From Bugula neritina (taxonomy: Eukaryota > Animalia > Bryozoa), in NCBI GenBank assembly GCA_964035545.1, contig OZ037766.1:29824640-29888639 (forward strand): a stretch of DNA of 64,000 nucleotides. Reading direction: 5' to 3'. Below, one piece after another: positions 48,558-60,700 of this stretch. Every line of letters begins with the position of its first letter. The first letter of the stretch is position 1. The position numbers and the translations under genes are program-made. The notes under the pieces are model-generated. The model ran no database searches, was not told where the DNA came from, and worked only from the letters and a program-made list of their open reading frames with translations.

Positions 48558-49638
48558 AAAATCATTTGATTGGAATTTGCATTTAGGAGCAATAGTGGAG
48601 AAATTGTGATAGCCTAAGTTCTTTAATTTCATTATTAAATTTTGGTTGGGGGTGTAGGTTGAAATTCTTGCTAGAACATAATTTCTTTTGCTACATTTTT
48701 AATCTAAAACACAGGTTTTTTCTCAGTTTCTCCATCACTGCACCTACCTCAAAATTGACATATTATTCATGTGTATTTTTCATCTATCAACAAACGATTT
48801 CCCTTGAGATACATGCTGTCAGATAATGTCTTTTCACATTAGTTGTAAACTCCACACAATTGTACTCATGACTGCTAGAAGTCAATATAACTAATTGTTG
48901 AAGTCTATATATAATTTGCATGTACATATTTTACATTCCCTTGGTATTTAAGCATTTATGTGCTTGTGCTTGTTCTATTATAATAAAATGAATGATCATA
49001 CTTCAAAGGTGCTCTGGTGTTGCTAGGAAATAGATGGAGTCGAATTTCTTATTCCCTAATTTTATCAGATGTAGTGTAACATTACCCTACTGCATGTAGT
49101 ACTCCTTGTCAAGCATGCATAATACTACTGCTGAAACGTGACTGCGTAAAGTTTGGCATTCTAGATATAGCCATCATAGTTACCAAATCGTCTCATTAAT
49201 TTTGTAAGAACAGAAAAAAATTTGGTTTCCCCTTCAGTTGTGGTGATACTCATCCTATAAGCTCTACTTGTTGTCTGTTTGGCTGTCGCCTCATCAATCA
49301 GTTGATTTATTGGGTTTTATTTCAGGTTCTTTTAACTCCTACAACAGTATATATACTATATACTATATATGGATATGCAGTCATATAGCAACTCATGTGT
49401 AGTCTTATATACGTATATTATATATACACAGTCACTGTAAGTGAGGTAGGTGCAATAATGGAGAAAATAAGAAAAAATGTGTGTTCTAGATTAGGAATGT
49501 AGCAAAAGAAATTATGTTCTATAGCAAGAATTTCAACCCGCACACCCAACCAAAATTTATTAATAAAATTAAAGAGCTTAGGCTGTCTCAATTTCTCCAC
49601 TATTGCTCCTAAACGCAAATTCCAATCTAATGATTTTC
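48558..49638. mobile_element. Long inverted repeat (arms 48558-48751 and 49442-49638), possible non-autonomous DNA transposon
   Basis: About 195-bp arms are reverse-complementary with moderate divergence (e.g. TTTAGGAGCAATAGTGGAGAAATTG / CAATTTCTCCACTATTGCTCCTAAA), with a ~690-bp non-coding spacer. No clear TSD. Confidence 0.6.
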
Positions 49639-50011
49639 TTGAGCTATTAGGATTTCTCCACTACCCCACCTAAATACTGTAATCCCTTACTATGTGTAGT
49701 TATATATTATAGAGTCATTATATATGCTCTTATATTGTATATATAAAATCATTGTAACTCATATATCTGTATAGTTATGTATACAGTCACAGCCACACAT
49801 ATATTATAGCCATTACAACTTTGACTATGACACTGCATAGGCTGGCAGTGAATAAGCCTATATAACTGATAATGCACCTTATCTAAAGATCTATATTAGC
49901 CATATCATTAAACTATATTATAGCTATGTTTGTAGATAACAAGAATTGCACACTGGGGAATAGAATAGCATAGACTTGACTGCTTCACAAACTACTAAAA
50001 TCAGTTGATTG

Positions 50012-50257
50012 ATGGAGTTACACCATGTAAGACATTTGACTGAAGACAAACACAACACAATGAAACTTTCGGAAGGAGAGTTAGAAGTAATCATTCCAGC
50101 TGTTCTTTTAATTTTCTGGGTTATCATATTAATAGTGGCCGTCTATTTCACGTATAAATGTCTCAAGAAGAGACCCCAGCATTACAAGACTGTACCTGTG
50201 AGAAATATACTATCCGTTGAGATGCAAACTCCGACTTCTTATGGATATGACCAGTAA
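50012..50257 (+). CDS. Small single-pass membrane protein (81 aa), unknown family
   Basis: One strong TM segment (VIIPAVLLIFWVIILIVAVYFTY), a basic stop-transfer with Cys (KCLKKR) and a cytoplasmic YKTV. May have upstream exons. Confidence 0.6.
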   Translation: MELHHVRHLTEDKHNTMKLSEGELEVIIPAVLLIFWVIILIVAVYFTYKCLKKRPQHYKTVPVRNILSVEMQTPTSYGYDQ

Positions 50258-51859
50258 CTCCGCTACACCCAGTGACACCCTTGACAGTGACACCACCTAG
50301 ATGTTGTGACTTATAGTATATCATAATACTGTATATTTACAATATGCATGGAGATAATTTTTCTCAAGACTAGTACTTGTTCATAGAAAACAACTAAAAA
50401 AATTTACTCTTTATGTTGTAATTCACAACCAATCAGGCTTACTATCAAAGGCCGTAGATAAATTAGCTGCCGATGTTGATCAGATACCATGACAATATAA
50501 ATCAAAATAGTGCTGCCAATTGGACTAAACCTTATCAACACAAAAATCTAATCAGTAGAATATTTAGAGTTATCTTTTCTAGTCTGCGCAAAGTGAAAAC
50601 TTATGTATTTAAAACTATTGTATAACTTTTTACTGACTTAAAATTATTATAACAGTCAAGTTTATATAATATAGCATATTATACTCAATCATCAGGGACC
50701 TGTATTCATGTATATATACTGTATAGCATAGTCTAACTAAACATATGGAATACTACATTCAGATATTATGCAATAAACAATTGATACAAAAGCTACTATT
50801 CATGTAATTTATTTTAGTCTCAATACAAAATAATATTAGCTTAAGCAAAGCTATATGGAACAGGACTTTCTATAAGTATAGTAATAGAGTAGTTGGACAT
50901 ATGTAAGGTATGCCTCAGTTGGGATATTACACAACTCACTGACCATGTAATCAGCATAATAGTCATCATTGTACAAAATCATCATGAACATTGAATTTAA
51001 TATGCATGCAGCATTCAAATTGAATTACAGAAATTTAACACATGTAGGAGTTACATTCTCTTGAAATGATGGAACGCTTGCGCAGAACTTGAAATGCAAT
51101 GAGGCCAGTTGTTTATTATTACTATGGCAACCAGGAAGTTTACCAGTACTACTGTTAGCAAACACAAACAAACCCTTATTTTGAACATAAAATTTATTCT
51201 GCATAAAATGAACTATAATATAAAGTAGCCTGTTATTTATTAATAAAAAGTTTAATACGCAACAATAGTTGAAAAGGTTAAGAAATTACATAAAATAAGT
51301 TTGTTCATTAAAAACATATAAAACAGTGGCGACTAGTGGAGAAGACAATTACCAAATGAGAGGTAGAATGTTCACAAATTGGAGTAAAAAAATGGCCACA
51401 GTTGTCTCGCACTTCAGTGTTTACTGAATGTTGTATTTTACATATAAAACTCAGCTAGAAAAAAGAGAAACTGGCCAAAAGTGCCTTGGTCTGTCTGGCA
51501 AAGCAAATACAAAGCATACTAAACTATCTCCATTAATAAAATCTCTTGTTGAGGAGGTAAATCTGTGCATAGAAACATTATAAATGTCGCACCATGGAAA
51601 ACTAAACCAACATAGGTTTATGTACCACAAATAATAGTAACCCAGTTTTATGAAGACTCAGTGCATGTTAGTGCAAAAGTACATTTGCATAATTCTCAGA
51701 CTAGAAATGTTAGAACAACTACTTATGTTTTAGTAGTAAAAGAGACAAAGACAAGAAATTATAGGCGCTAGTGCTGCACCTGTCTTGAGTATAGCTTAGT
51801 AACGTAACGTAAAATATAGACACGAAATAGTAAAACTGCACTGATATCGTATAAAATGT

Positions 51860-54800
51860 CTAATCTTTTGAGGTGGGGTAAGCAGTTCCGATTCCACCAG
51901 CGTGGCCGTAGACAGTTACTTCGACCTTGTATTCATCCAGCTCAATGTGAACTTTAGAACCAACATCCATGAGGTAACACACGGTGTACAGCGCCATCTG
52001 CCAGGAGAAACAAGAAAAAATGGCTTCTTTAGTTTGAAAAGGAACGCTTTGCTCTAGCATTGAAGAATTACTTTACAGCACAACGTAATATATTTTCAAG
52101 ATAAATGGTAGACATAATTTGAATCCTGTTATTCAACGTAAAATACAGTTCAATAAAAGTAAAATAATCTGAAGAGTTGCCTTCTCTTATTGAACTATTA
52201 GACCAGTCAGACATACAAAATTACAGCCTATGGAATGATACCTCAAACTCTGGACTTGTGCCGATAAATGAGCCACCAATGGGTTTCCCTCTTCCATTCT
52301 TACAGCTGAACTGGAGGGTGATAAACCTCGGCTCTCGCTCCAAGGACTGTGAAATATAATGTTAAATGTCAGATGTGTGTGTGTGTGTGTGTGTGTGCGT
52401 GTTCGTGTTGTGTGTGTGCGCGCGCATGTGTGAAACAGACTACGACAGTGTTATAGCTGAGTGGGAAGTTCAACCCTATGGAACTCCATAAAGTCAAAAT
52501 ATCAATCAATTTTTTAAATAAATAAACTTATCAATACTGACAAATATGCATCCTGGGTAACCACTGACATCGACATTGCATTAACAACAGAACAAAACCC
52601 TGTCATATGTGGTTGTTGTTGCAGTGCATTTACCCAGCACTAATTATGCTTTTGGGGCCAGTTTGTTTAAAAAATTTACAATATTTACATAATTAATTAC
52701 AATGGGAGACAAGACAAGTTCTAGTAGGAAAATTGCCTGTTTGAGTGAAAAAATTCCAAGACTTACAGTTCCACGTCTGAAGTAGCCGTGGTAGTCAATG
52801 TTTCCGGATTTTTCTTGCAGATAGAAGCAGATCCAGTTGTGAAATCCTACCACATCTTCTCCTTTGATTTCTCCCACAAACACATGCTCAAAGCCAGATG
52901 AGTCGAAATCTCTGTAGAGGTTAAGGAAAACAAATGACAAAACTGATTTCATACACAAAAATGGAATAAAAGAAGAAACAAAGAAATAAAGGAATAAGTG
53001 GTTTACTCCATAGACGGTTGATGAACCAAAAATATTTTGATAAATCAAATTTAAACTGAAAGAACTAAAATCTTGGCGCATCTTACTTCAAACGCTGCCT
53101 GTGTGAAAGTGTATACAGAAGGATCTTACCTGTCCCCCTTGGTTCTTCTGTACAACTTAAACCACAGTTTATAGAGCAGTTTCTTAAAGTCGTTGATAGG
53201 ACCTGGGGCTTTGCCTTTGTCTCTGAGGAAACTGTGAGCTTCCTTCATAAGGGGCGTATCACAGATAGCGTCAATAAACCTATAAATTGCATTTAGTGAC
53301 AAAGACTACAACAGGCCTTGTAAGATTATGATTTCTCTGATGGGTCAGTTGATAGAGCATAGTGATGAGTGCACACCAGTCACAACACATTAGTCACAAA
53401 ATAATAGTTATAGTCCATTATATTCGTCACAGACTATTAAGTCACAATACAAAAGTTCCACACAGAAGTCACAGCACAGCAATTACAGTTTTCCGAACAT
53501 GCCTGTACACTGTACAGCTTCCCCAAGCACACTGACACACAATCAGCAAGACATACTAACAAATACAAACAGAGATATACTTCAGAAAACAGAGAGTGCT
53601 ACGAACTACGAAAAACCTACATGACGTTTTCTTTGAACTCCTCCTTCGTGACAACTTCCTGCTCTCCCGTTTCCATTGTGTAGTTGTCCAGAAGGGCCAT
53701 GAAGTCTAAAGAACCAACACACACGTGTATACACATGAGAGATCAGTGCATTAGTCTAAACTTCATAGTATAAGCTAGCTATTTCTTTCCACATCTTATT
53801 AGTGGAAAGTTGGAGATTTGCACAACTCCCTTGCTATACAATACAAATATATGTACACCAAACAACTTTACTTAATAAAGTGATCAGATGAAAGGTGTCC
53901 TACACATGCATAGCGGAAAGTTAAAAGGTACTTTTTAGAAAGTATTTTCATTTTAAATTGTAAAACAGGTAAACGTTTTTATGTTAGGCTCAGCAAGTCT
54001 CAATTTTTCTTACAACACAAAATGTGCTGAAGTATTACTAGTAACACTAGTAATACAAGTATACTGGTAATACATATATATTAGTAATACAAGTATATTT
54101 GTATTACAAGTATATCAGTAATACAATACTACTAGAAATACATGCATTTAAAAAGATCCTCAATAGCTTTAGTTAATGGCTTACAAAACAACTTTCAAAT
54201 TATTCATCATAGAATATTTCCAGCGAAAATAACATACCATTATATATCCCTAACAAAAAAACTACTGTATATTCCACATATATTGCTACTGTACATCCCA
54301 TACAAAATGCTCTACTACTCACACTTGTAAGTTGGTTTCTCAAACACTGTTGCCTCGTCAACCCAATCAAACAGAGGATCTTCTGATACATCTTTAGATA
54401 AATCTCTAGCATTCTTCAGGTAGCCTGTGGGAAAAATAATCACTAACTTAGTTATACAGATACAGCAGCTAGTCTAAGCTTTGCTAGCCAATCTGAACTA
54501 TGCTGGAATTTTAGCAAAAACTTAGGTAAAATGAATATGATATAACGTTTCAGAGCTATTTTTATCAAATTCATTATCAGGTTTGAAAGAAAAATACCAG
54601 TAAGAAGTGCTTTGTCTACAAAACATTTTTAAACCATGCAAATTTCAAAACCTTGACATAAGAGTAAGCGTCTGTTTAACTACACTATAAAGTTTGACAA
54701 CTTAAAACTGCTCAGTTAAAGGAAGTAGGTAACATCTATTTGTGACTTAATGTCAAGGTCTTAAATGATATTCCTACTCTGTATTTTATAACAAAATATA

Positions 54801-55821
54801 GCTTTAAGAAAAAGAGCACAAGCTCTTTCAATATTGAAGTATTTAGAGTTGTCTAACCTCCTTTGTTCAAACGGTAATGTTCTCCTGGCTCACACCGATT
54901 CTCGTCTAGATCCCATAACTTGTTGAACAGTTCAGACAACTCTTCATTAACCTCGAACTTGCTAAATGCAGAAAATAACAATTCAATAAGAACACGAAGA
55001 TAAACACACTTGTATTATATTATGCACTAGCACCGAAACATAAAAGGCCTACATACTACATATGGATAATATCTGTAATAGAATACATCGTACTTAAATT
55101 ACTAGGTTCAGTTATACTTACTTTGGATTTTACAAAAAAGGTGAGATTGATTATCATTGATACTATTGTTATTATTATTTATTATCACCACTACGATTAT
55201 CATTATCGTTATGATGAACAATATGACATGATGATGATGATTATACTCATTGTCATTGTGACAGAGTGATTGTGATTACATATACACAATTTAACTTTTA
55301 ATATTAATAATATATAATGAGAAAAGAAAAGAGGTAGTTATATTCTACTTAGCTTTATGTTTAAAATGATTTTACTACTGCAATTATATTTTAATTTATA
55401 ACTAAAAGTAAAAGTACTATTATCATAATGAGTATGGCAGTCAGATTGAGTGTCAAACGCTACTGAGATTTATTAATCTTATTAGTTATTGTAGTAATAA
55501 TCATAAAGTGATAATGATTATGATTATTACTACAATAACTAATAAGATTAATAAATCTCAGTAGCGTTTGACACTCAATCTGACTGTCATACTCATACTG
55601 TCATTGACCCTCCATCACCGCAACCAAAATAAACATTAAACTATTATTGTCAGACTCATACTGAGTCTGATATTCACTATCAAAGTGAGACTGAGAGTGT
55701 GACAGTGACACTCACACTGGCACTAGGAGTAACTGTAAGTCTAACTCAAACTGTCCACCAGCGACAGTTTGAGGTTATAGATTCGGTTAGTTTAAAACGA
55801 AAACACATACTTATATGCCAT
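51860..55821 (-). CDS. ENDOU: Poly(U)-specific endoribonuclease EndoU/XendoU (~279 aa)
   Basis: 8 exons: 55821-55811, 54961-54858, 54424-54323, 53705-53621, 53279-53130, 52911-52767, 52346-52242, 51997-51860. Motifs are [36 protein letters not shown] and [20 protein letters not shown], with the catalytic His, His and Lys present. Confidence 0.93.
52375..52432. repeat. (GT)n microsatellite
   Basis: GT run in an EndoU intron. Confidence 0.9.
55428..55596. repeat. 79-bp-arm hairpin in EndoU intron 1
   Basis: Arms 55428-55506 and 55518-55596 with 1 mismatch and an 11-nt loop. Confidence 0.93.
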
Positions 55822-57733
55822 GATACGGTTCCAAAGTTATCTCTTTTCAAATGGAGCACAAACTGAAGCCGAAAGTTGAAGCTTCAAGTTATTAACCTAA
55901 TTAAAAAATCTCCCCACCGGTGATACCAACAACTTCCTGCATGCAATGACCTGGATTACAAATCTTTAAAATTCACCGCAAAAATAATCACCTAAGCTCT
56001 CAAATTAGATGCGGGCGAATACAAAATACCCCCAATTTTGTCTGCTGTAAATATAATTTTGTATGCGGTAATTGTCAATGAACTCAATAATTATATTCCA
56101 GCTCAGTGGTAATTGTGAACAGGTTGATACTGGCGCAACTCTTAATTATGAACATTTCAACTCGTGAAGTGTGACGGTTAATGAAGCGTTAACTAAACTA
56201 CATTCACCAGCAAGCCTTCATTTTGTTCACAGTGCAGCTACATTATAACTTCTACTGCTTATCTTACTGCATAAGTTGCAACGCAGTCTCAATAATTTAT
56301 GTGAGGCATGTTTTATTGAATAAAATTTAAACCATACGGCTCTAAAGATATTGGCTTAAAATTAATTTATAAACTGTACAGTATGATATGGAGGTATATT
56401 CAATAAACATATTCAGCATGCAAACTTATTCTATAAAATTATTATCAATTATGCTACAGTGATATACGCCATGCGAGATAATAAGCTATGCCATCCAAGT
56501 ACAACTTAGATGCTATATTGCTTGTAACCCATAACTATCTATGTCTCTTTACAAGGAAACTAATAGACAAGTCAAACATTGGAAGTACATCAAGCACTGT
56601 AAGGTGTCAAGCGGATTGAGTACTATACCAGAATATATGTCAGTAGATCAAATTTCCCTCAACTAATAAATCAAAGCAAATATTTACGTAGTAACTAGAT
56701 AGTATAGAATCTACCATTGAGATGTGATTTTTAAATAACGACTCCTTGAAAATACCAAATTGTGTGTTGAAATTATTGCCAACCTACAAGATGTGCCAAA
56801 AAACAATGGGGATACCAAATAAACCCTCAATGTTTAGTAGATGATCAAATAGTTAAAGGGAACAAACTGTGAAAATGAAACTATTGTACTGCATGCCTTC
56901 TATGAAAATAATATAGATTATATAATGGTTGAAGCAGAACAAAGAAACTAGAAACTTCCAGAATATATTTTTATTAAATATCAATAAAATTTAAATATTA
57001 AAAAACAAAAATACATATCATAATGCTAAATTAGAAAAAAAAGAATGGAATTGATCGCGAGATTTTAAAGCCTGTTAACTTGGTAGAAAATTTACACAGT
57101 AAATAACAATATCAATAATAAGCATGATGCAATACTTTGGAAATGGAATGTACTAAAATATAATTCACCATAGAGATATCAACATAATTAATATACTATG
57201 TTCAGTAGAGATAAGTGGGAATATACATAATAAACTCTAGAAATATATACAAACAGTACACAGAAAGTAGAGAAAAACTGTTGCATGAATTGCATACATT
57301 CAACTAGAAAGCTGTCTTTTAAAATACAAGGCAGCAAGAGTTGAACCAAATAAAGAAATAGGAAGACAACTTCCAAATCCATGTTATACTGCTAAAAATC
57401 CGTGCATAATGACCAACTTGATGAATAGGGTGTTTTTTGGAGTAAAGTATAAAACCTACTGGCCCAAGGTTTAGAAGAAAATACAAAATAGTTAAATTAA
57501 TGCATTTGTATTAAACCAAAAGTTGCACATAGCCTGTAGTTATAGATTGTTCTCGTATCCACCATCATCATCTTTCCTGACACGGCACATTACTACTCTT
57601 ATTAACTCCACTATAGTTGCTACAACTAATTAATAAACTAGTCCCATTGAAGTTAAGACAACGCAACTATTTATGGAGTCCACAACAGCAGCAGATGCTT
57701 GCTTGACTTTAGAGGTCAATTGAGTTGTAGACG

Positions 57734-60700
57734 TCAATAACTTGCCTCTACTCGTCTGGCTTTTATTATCTTTAAAGGAATATCACTAGAGGTCATTCCT
57801 GCACCAGCTCTACAGGTGTTGACGCCTGCTACAAGACTCCAACTACAAGAAGAACAGCCATTGGATGAGATGCCTGCGTGTAGTCATATATTTAACCAAT
57901 GAGCATGGTCAAACAGAATAAAACAAGGCAGGGTTAGAATGGAGGGATTATTGAGTGTTTAATTATAAGGTAGTGCTGTATTAGAACAGTAGTGAGATTA
58001 GCAGCTAAACAGAGGAAAGGGTAAAAACAATCTAAAAAACATCAACTTCCCTAACGAACAATTCCAAGTTGTCAAACCAAATTTCAACATTTACCATAAT
58101 ATTAATGTAATTTTTATGAACTATGAGTTATAAATATGAGCTCAATCAATACATATGAACATTTACACTTGAATAACTTCTGAGTTACAGTAAAATTTAT
58201 CTGAATATTCCAAATGAATGAGCGTTGTATGGAAAGTGAAGACATCATCTTTAGGGTTGTGCTACTTACAATTTTAAAAATACATGAAAAGCCGACTCCA
58301 AATTATAACTATTTTTCTAGTTTAATAGCAACAAAGCAGCAACTGATATAAAATACATAATAACTAATAAAGTACGATAAGCTGAGATTAATTTTGACAA
58401 AACTAGGACAGCGAGAGCAGTACTAGCAAAAGGCACCCTCCACCCTGCAAGCAACCGAAATAGCATCAGAGAACTGAGGCTAACCTGACATATAATGTGA
58501 CTTCAACTTTTCTAGTTTACTTTGTGCTGCCACGTGAAACAGACCCGAGGTGATACCGCTGCCGGCCCTGCATACTAGCAGCGGAGACCGATCCTCCCAA
58601 CTGTGTGTAAAATGGCAGAGAAGATCAGTACATGAAAGGCGTGCTGTGATATTCATACAACACCAAGAGGTGGGAAAGTGAGGGAGTAATGCATACCAAC
58701 AAGTTGAGTGTGCGCTAAGCTATCATACATATTCAATATGTCATACACAAAGCAAGGTGACACAAAACTTAGATGACGTGAGTAGAAACAGATAATTTTA
58801 TATGCAATTTTTCTTGGGATGATAATTTGTTTCAATACAAACCATTTGAACAACTTGTTAAACGTTGTCATCGTGTTCTAAGCAAACAGCAATCAGCTGA
58901 ATATTGACCGCTAAGACAAAGTGAACATTTGAACTAACAATGCTACTAACGGTCAAATGGTTGTCAACACAATATTTTTCAATACTTTCCCTTAAATCAT
59001 TAGAAAGTTTATTTAAAGTAAGTCAATGTACTGCGTGTGAGTGAATGCACAAATAGTTCACCTGTCCTTGATGGGGTCGTAAGCCTCAACGGAATTGAGA
59101 TAATTAGTTCCATCGTGACCTCCCACAGCAAAGAGGTATCCTCCCAGCTGGGCCACACCCACACCTACAACACAACTTACATAATAAAGAAATTCATATG
59201 CCGACTGTCCAATCAGATTATGTGATACAAACAGTTGAAAAGGTAAAAACAAGACATGACAGAACACAGGAAGTAGAGACAAACCTCCTCGTGGAGAACC
59301 CATCGATGTGACGTAAATCCACTGATTAGTCTCGCAGTCATAGACTTCGGCACTTTCTAGGGGAAAGTTGTCATCGAACCCTCCTAACAATTCAAGCAGA
59401 AACTTAGGCTAAATATTCATAATACAATACTTGAGGTAAGCAAATGAACTTTCAACATATATAATTAAATAGAACACATAACATAGGATTACAGTAGTAA
59501 TCAACACAGGCCAATCGGGACTTCATAGTCAAATACATAACAATAACAAACTGCATTGTAATCAGCATACTACAAACTGCAGAAACTATACACACACCAG
59601 GCACAGAGCATGTTGACACTTTAACTTGAGTTCAATTTCTATTGAGAGCTTCAGATGATGTTAGAAGCACGTAGAGAGATTATATTACCTACTAACAGAA
59701 CAGAGTAGAGTGTAAACTTACCTGCGGCATAGAGTCTGCCATGGAGGACAGCCACGCCTGCCCCAGCTCGTCTCTTGTTCATTGGAGCAATCATGACCCA
59801 CTTATTGAGAATTGGGTCATATCTCTCGCAGCTGCTGAGACTGCTTGACCCGTCGTTGCCTCCGATGGCATAGATGCAGTTCTAGAATAACGTAACAGGC
59901 TCTCAGTCTATGCAATTGAGATTAAATGGGAGAAATAATTCTCGAATCACATGAACTAGGTTCAAAGTCTACTCAACTGTATCGATTAAACATTAAAATT
60001 CATAGAGAATAAAAGAGCATGAATTATGTATGATATTAATTCCATACAAGTGAAGTGCGTTTCAGTAGATTGGCAAACATGGGACAAGTACTTTAGGTGC
60101 AAAGCATAATACTACTATTTCAGTGTAACTCTGTAAACTGTGTTTAATAACTGTAATTACCTTTTCTACAACAAAAAGAACTAGTATAACCATACTAAAC
60201 AGAACATGCGGCAGGGTGGATGTATTCAAGAAGATATAGTATTATGTTAACCTTTAGCACGGCCACACCCACTCCGCCACGAGGCACATTCATTGGAGCG
60301 ACCGGAGACCAACTATCCACAGACGGATCATATCTCTCCACCGAATCAAAACAGGAAGTGTCATCTAGCCCACCAATAGCGTAGAGGGCGTTACTAAGAG
60401 CTGCTACTGCTAGACCACGTCTACAATATCACAAGTTGTAAGACAAGAAAAAGATACATTGAATAAAATGTGGTGAAAAATGCTCGTAACAGTATTATAA
60501 TACGAAGCACAGTTTTGAGAAGCTGTTTTGACTGGAAGACCCACACAATGTGCAGTCTAAACTTTGAAGATATCATCTGTGATGCGAAAAGAAGTATGCA
60601 ACTACAACTCTTGCTCATGGGAGACAATAAACAGCCTAACACCATCCGTTACTAGGGGTGATTACATACAGTATAATATAAAGTACATTTTCAATCTGGG

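Noticed and set aside
49442-49452. let-7-like TGAGGTAG
   Set aside because: Only 8 nt match, with no local pre-miRNA hairpin; it lies within a repeat arm.
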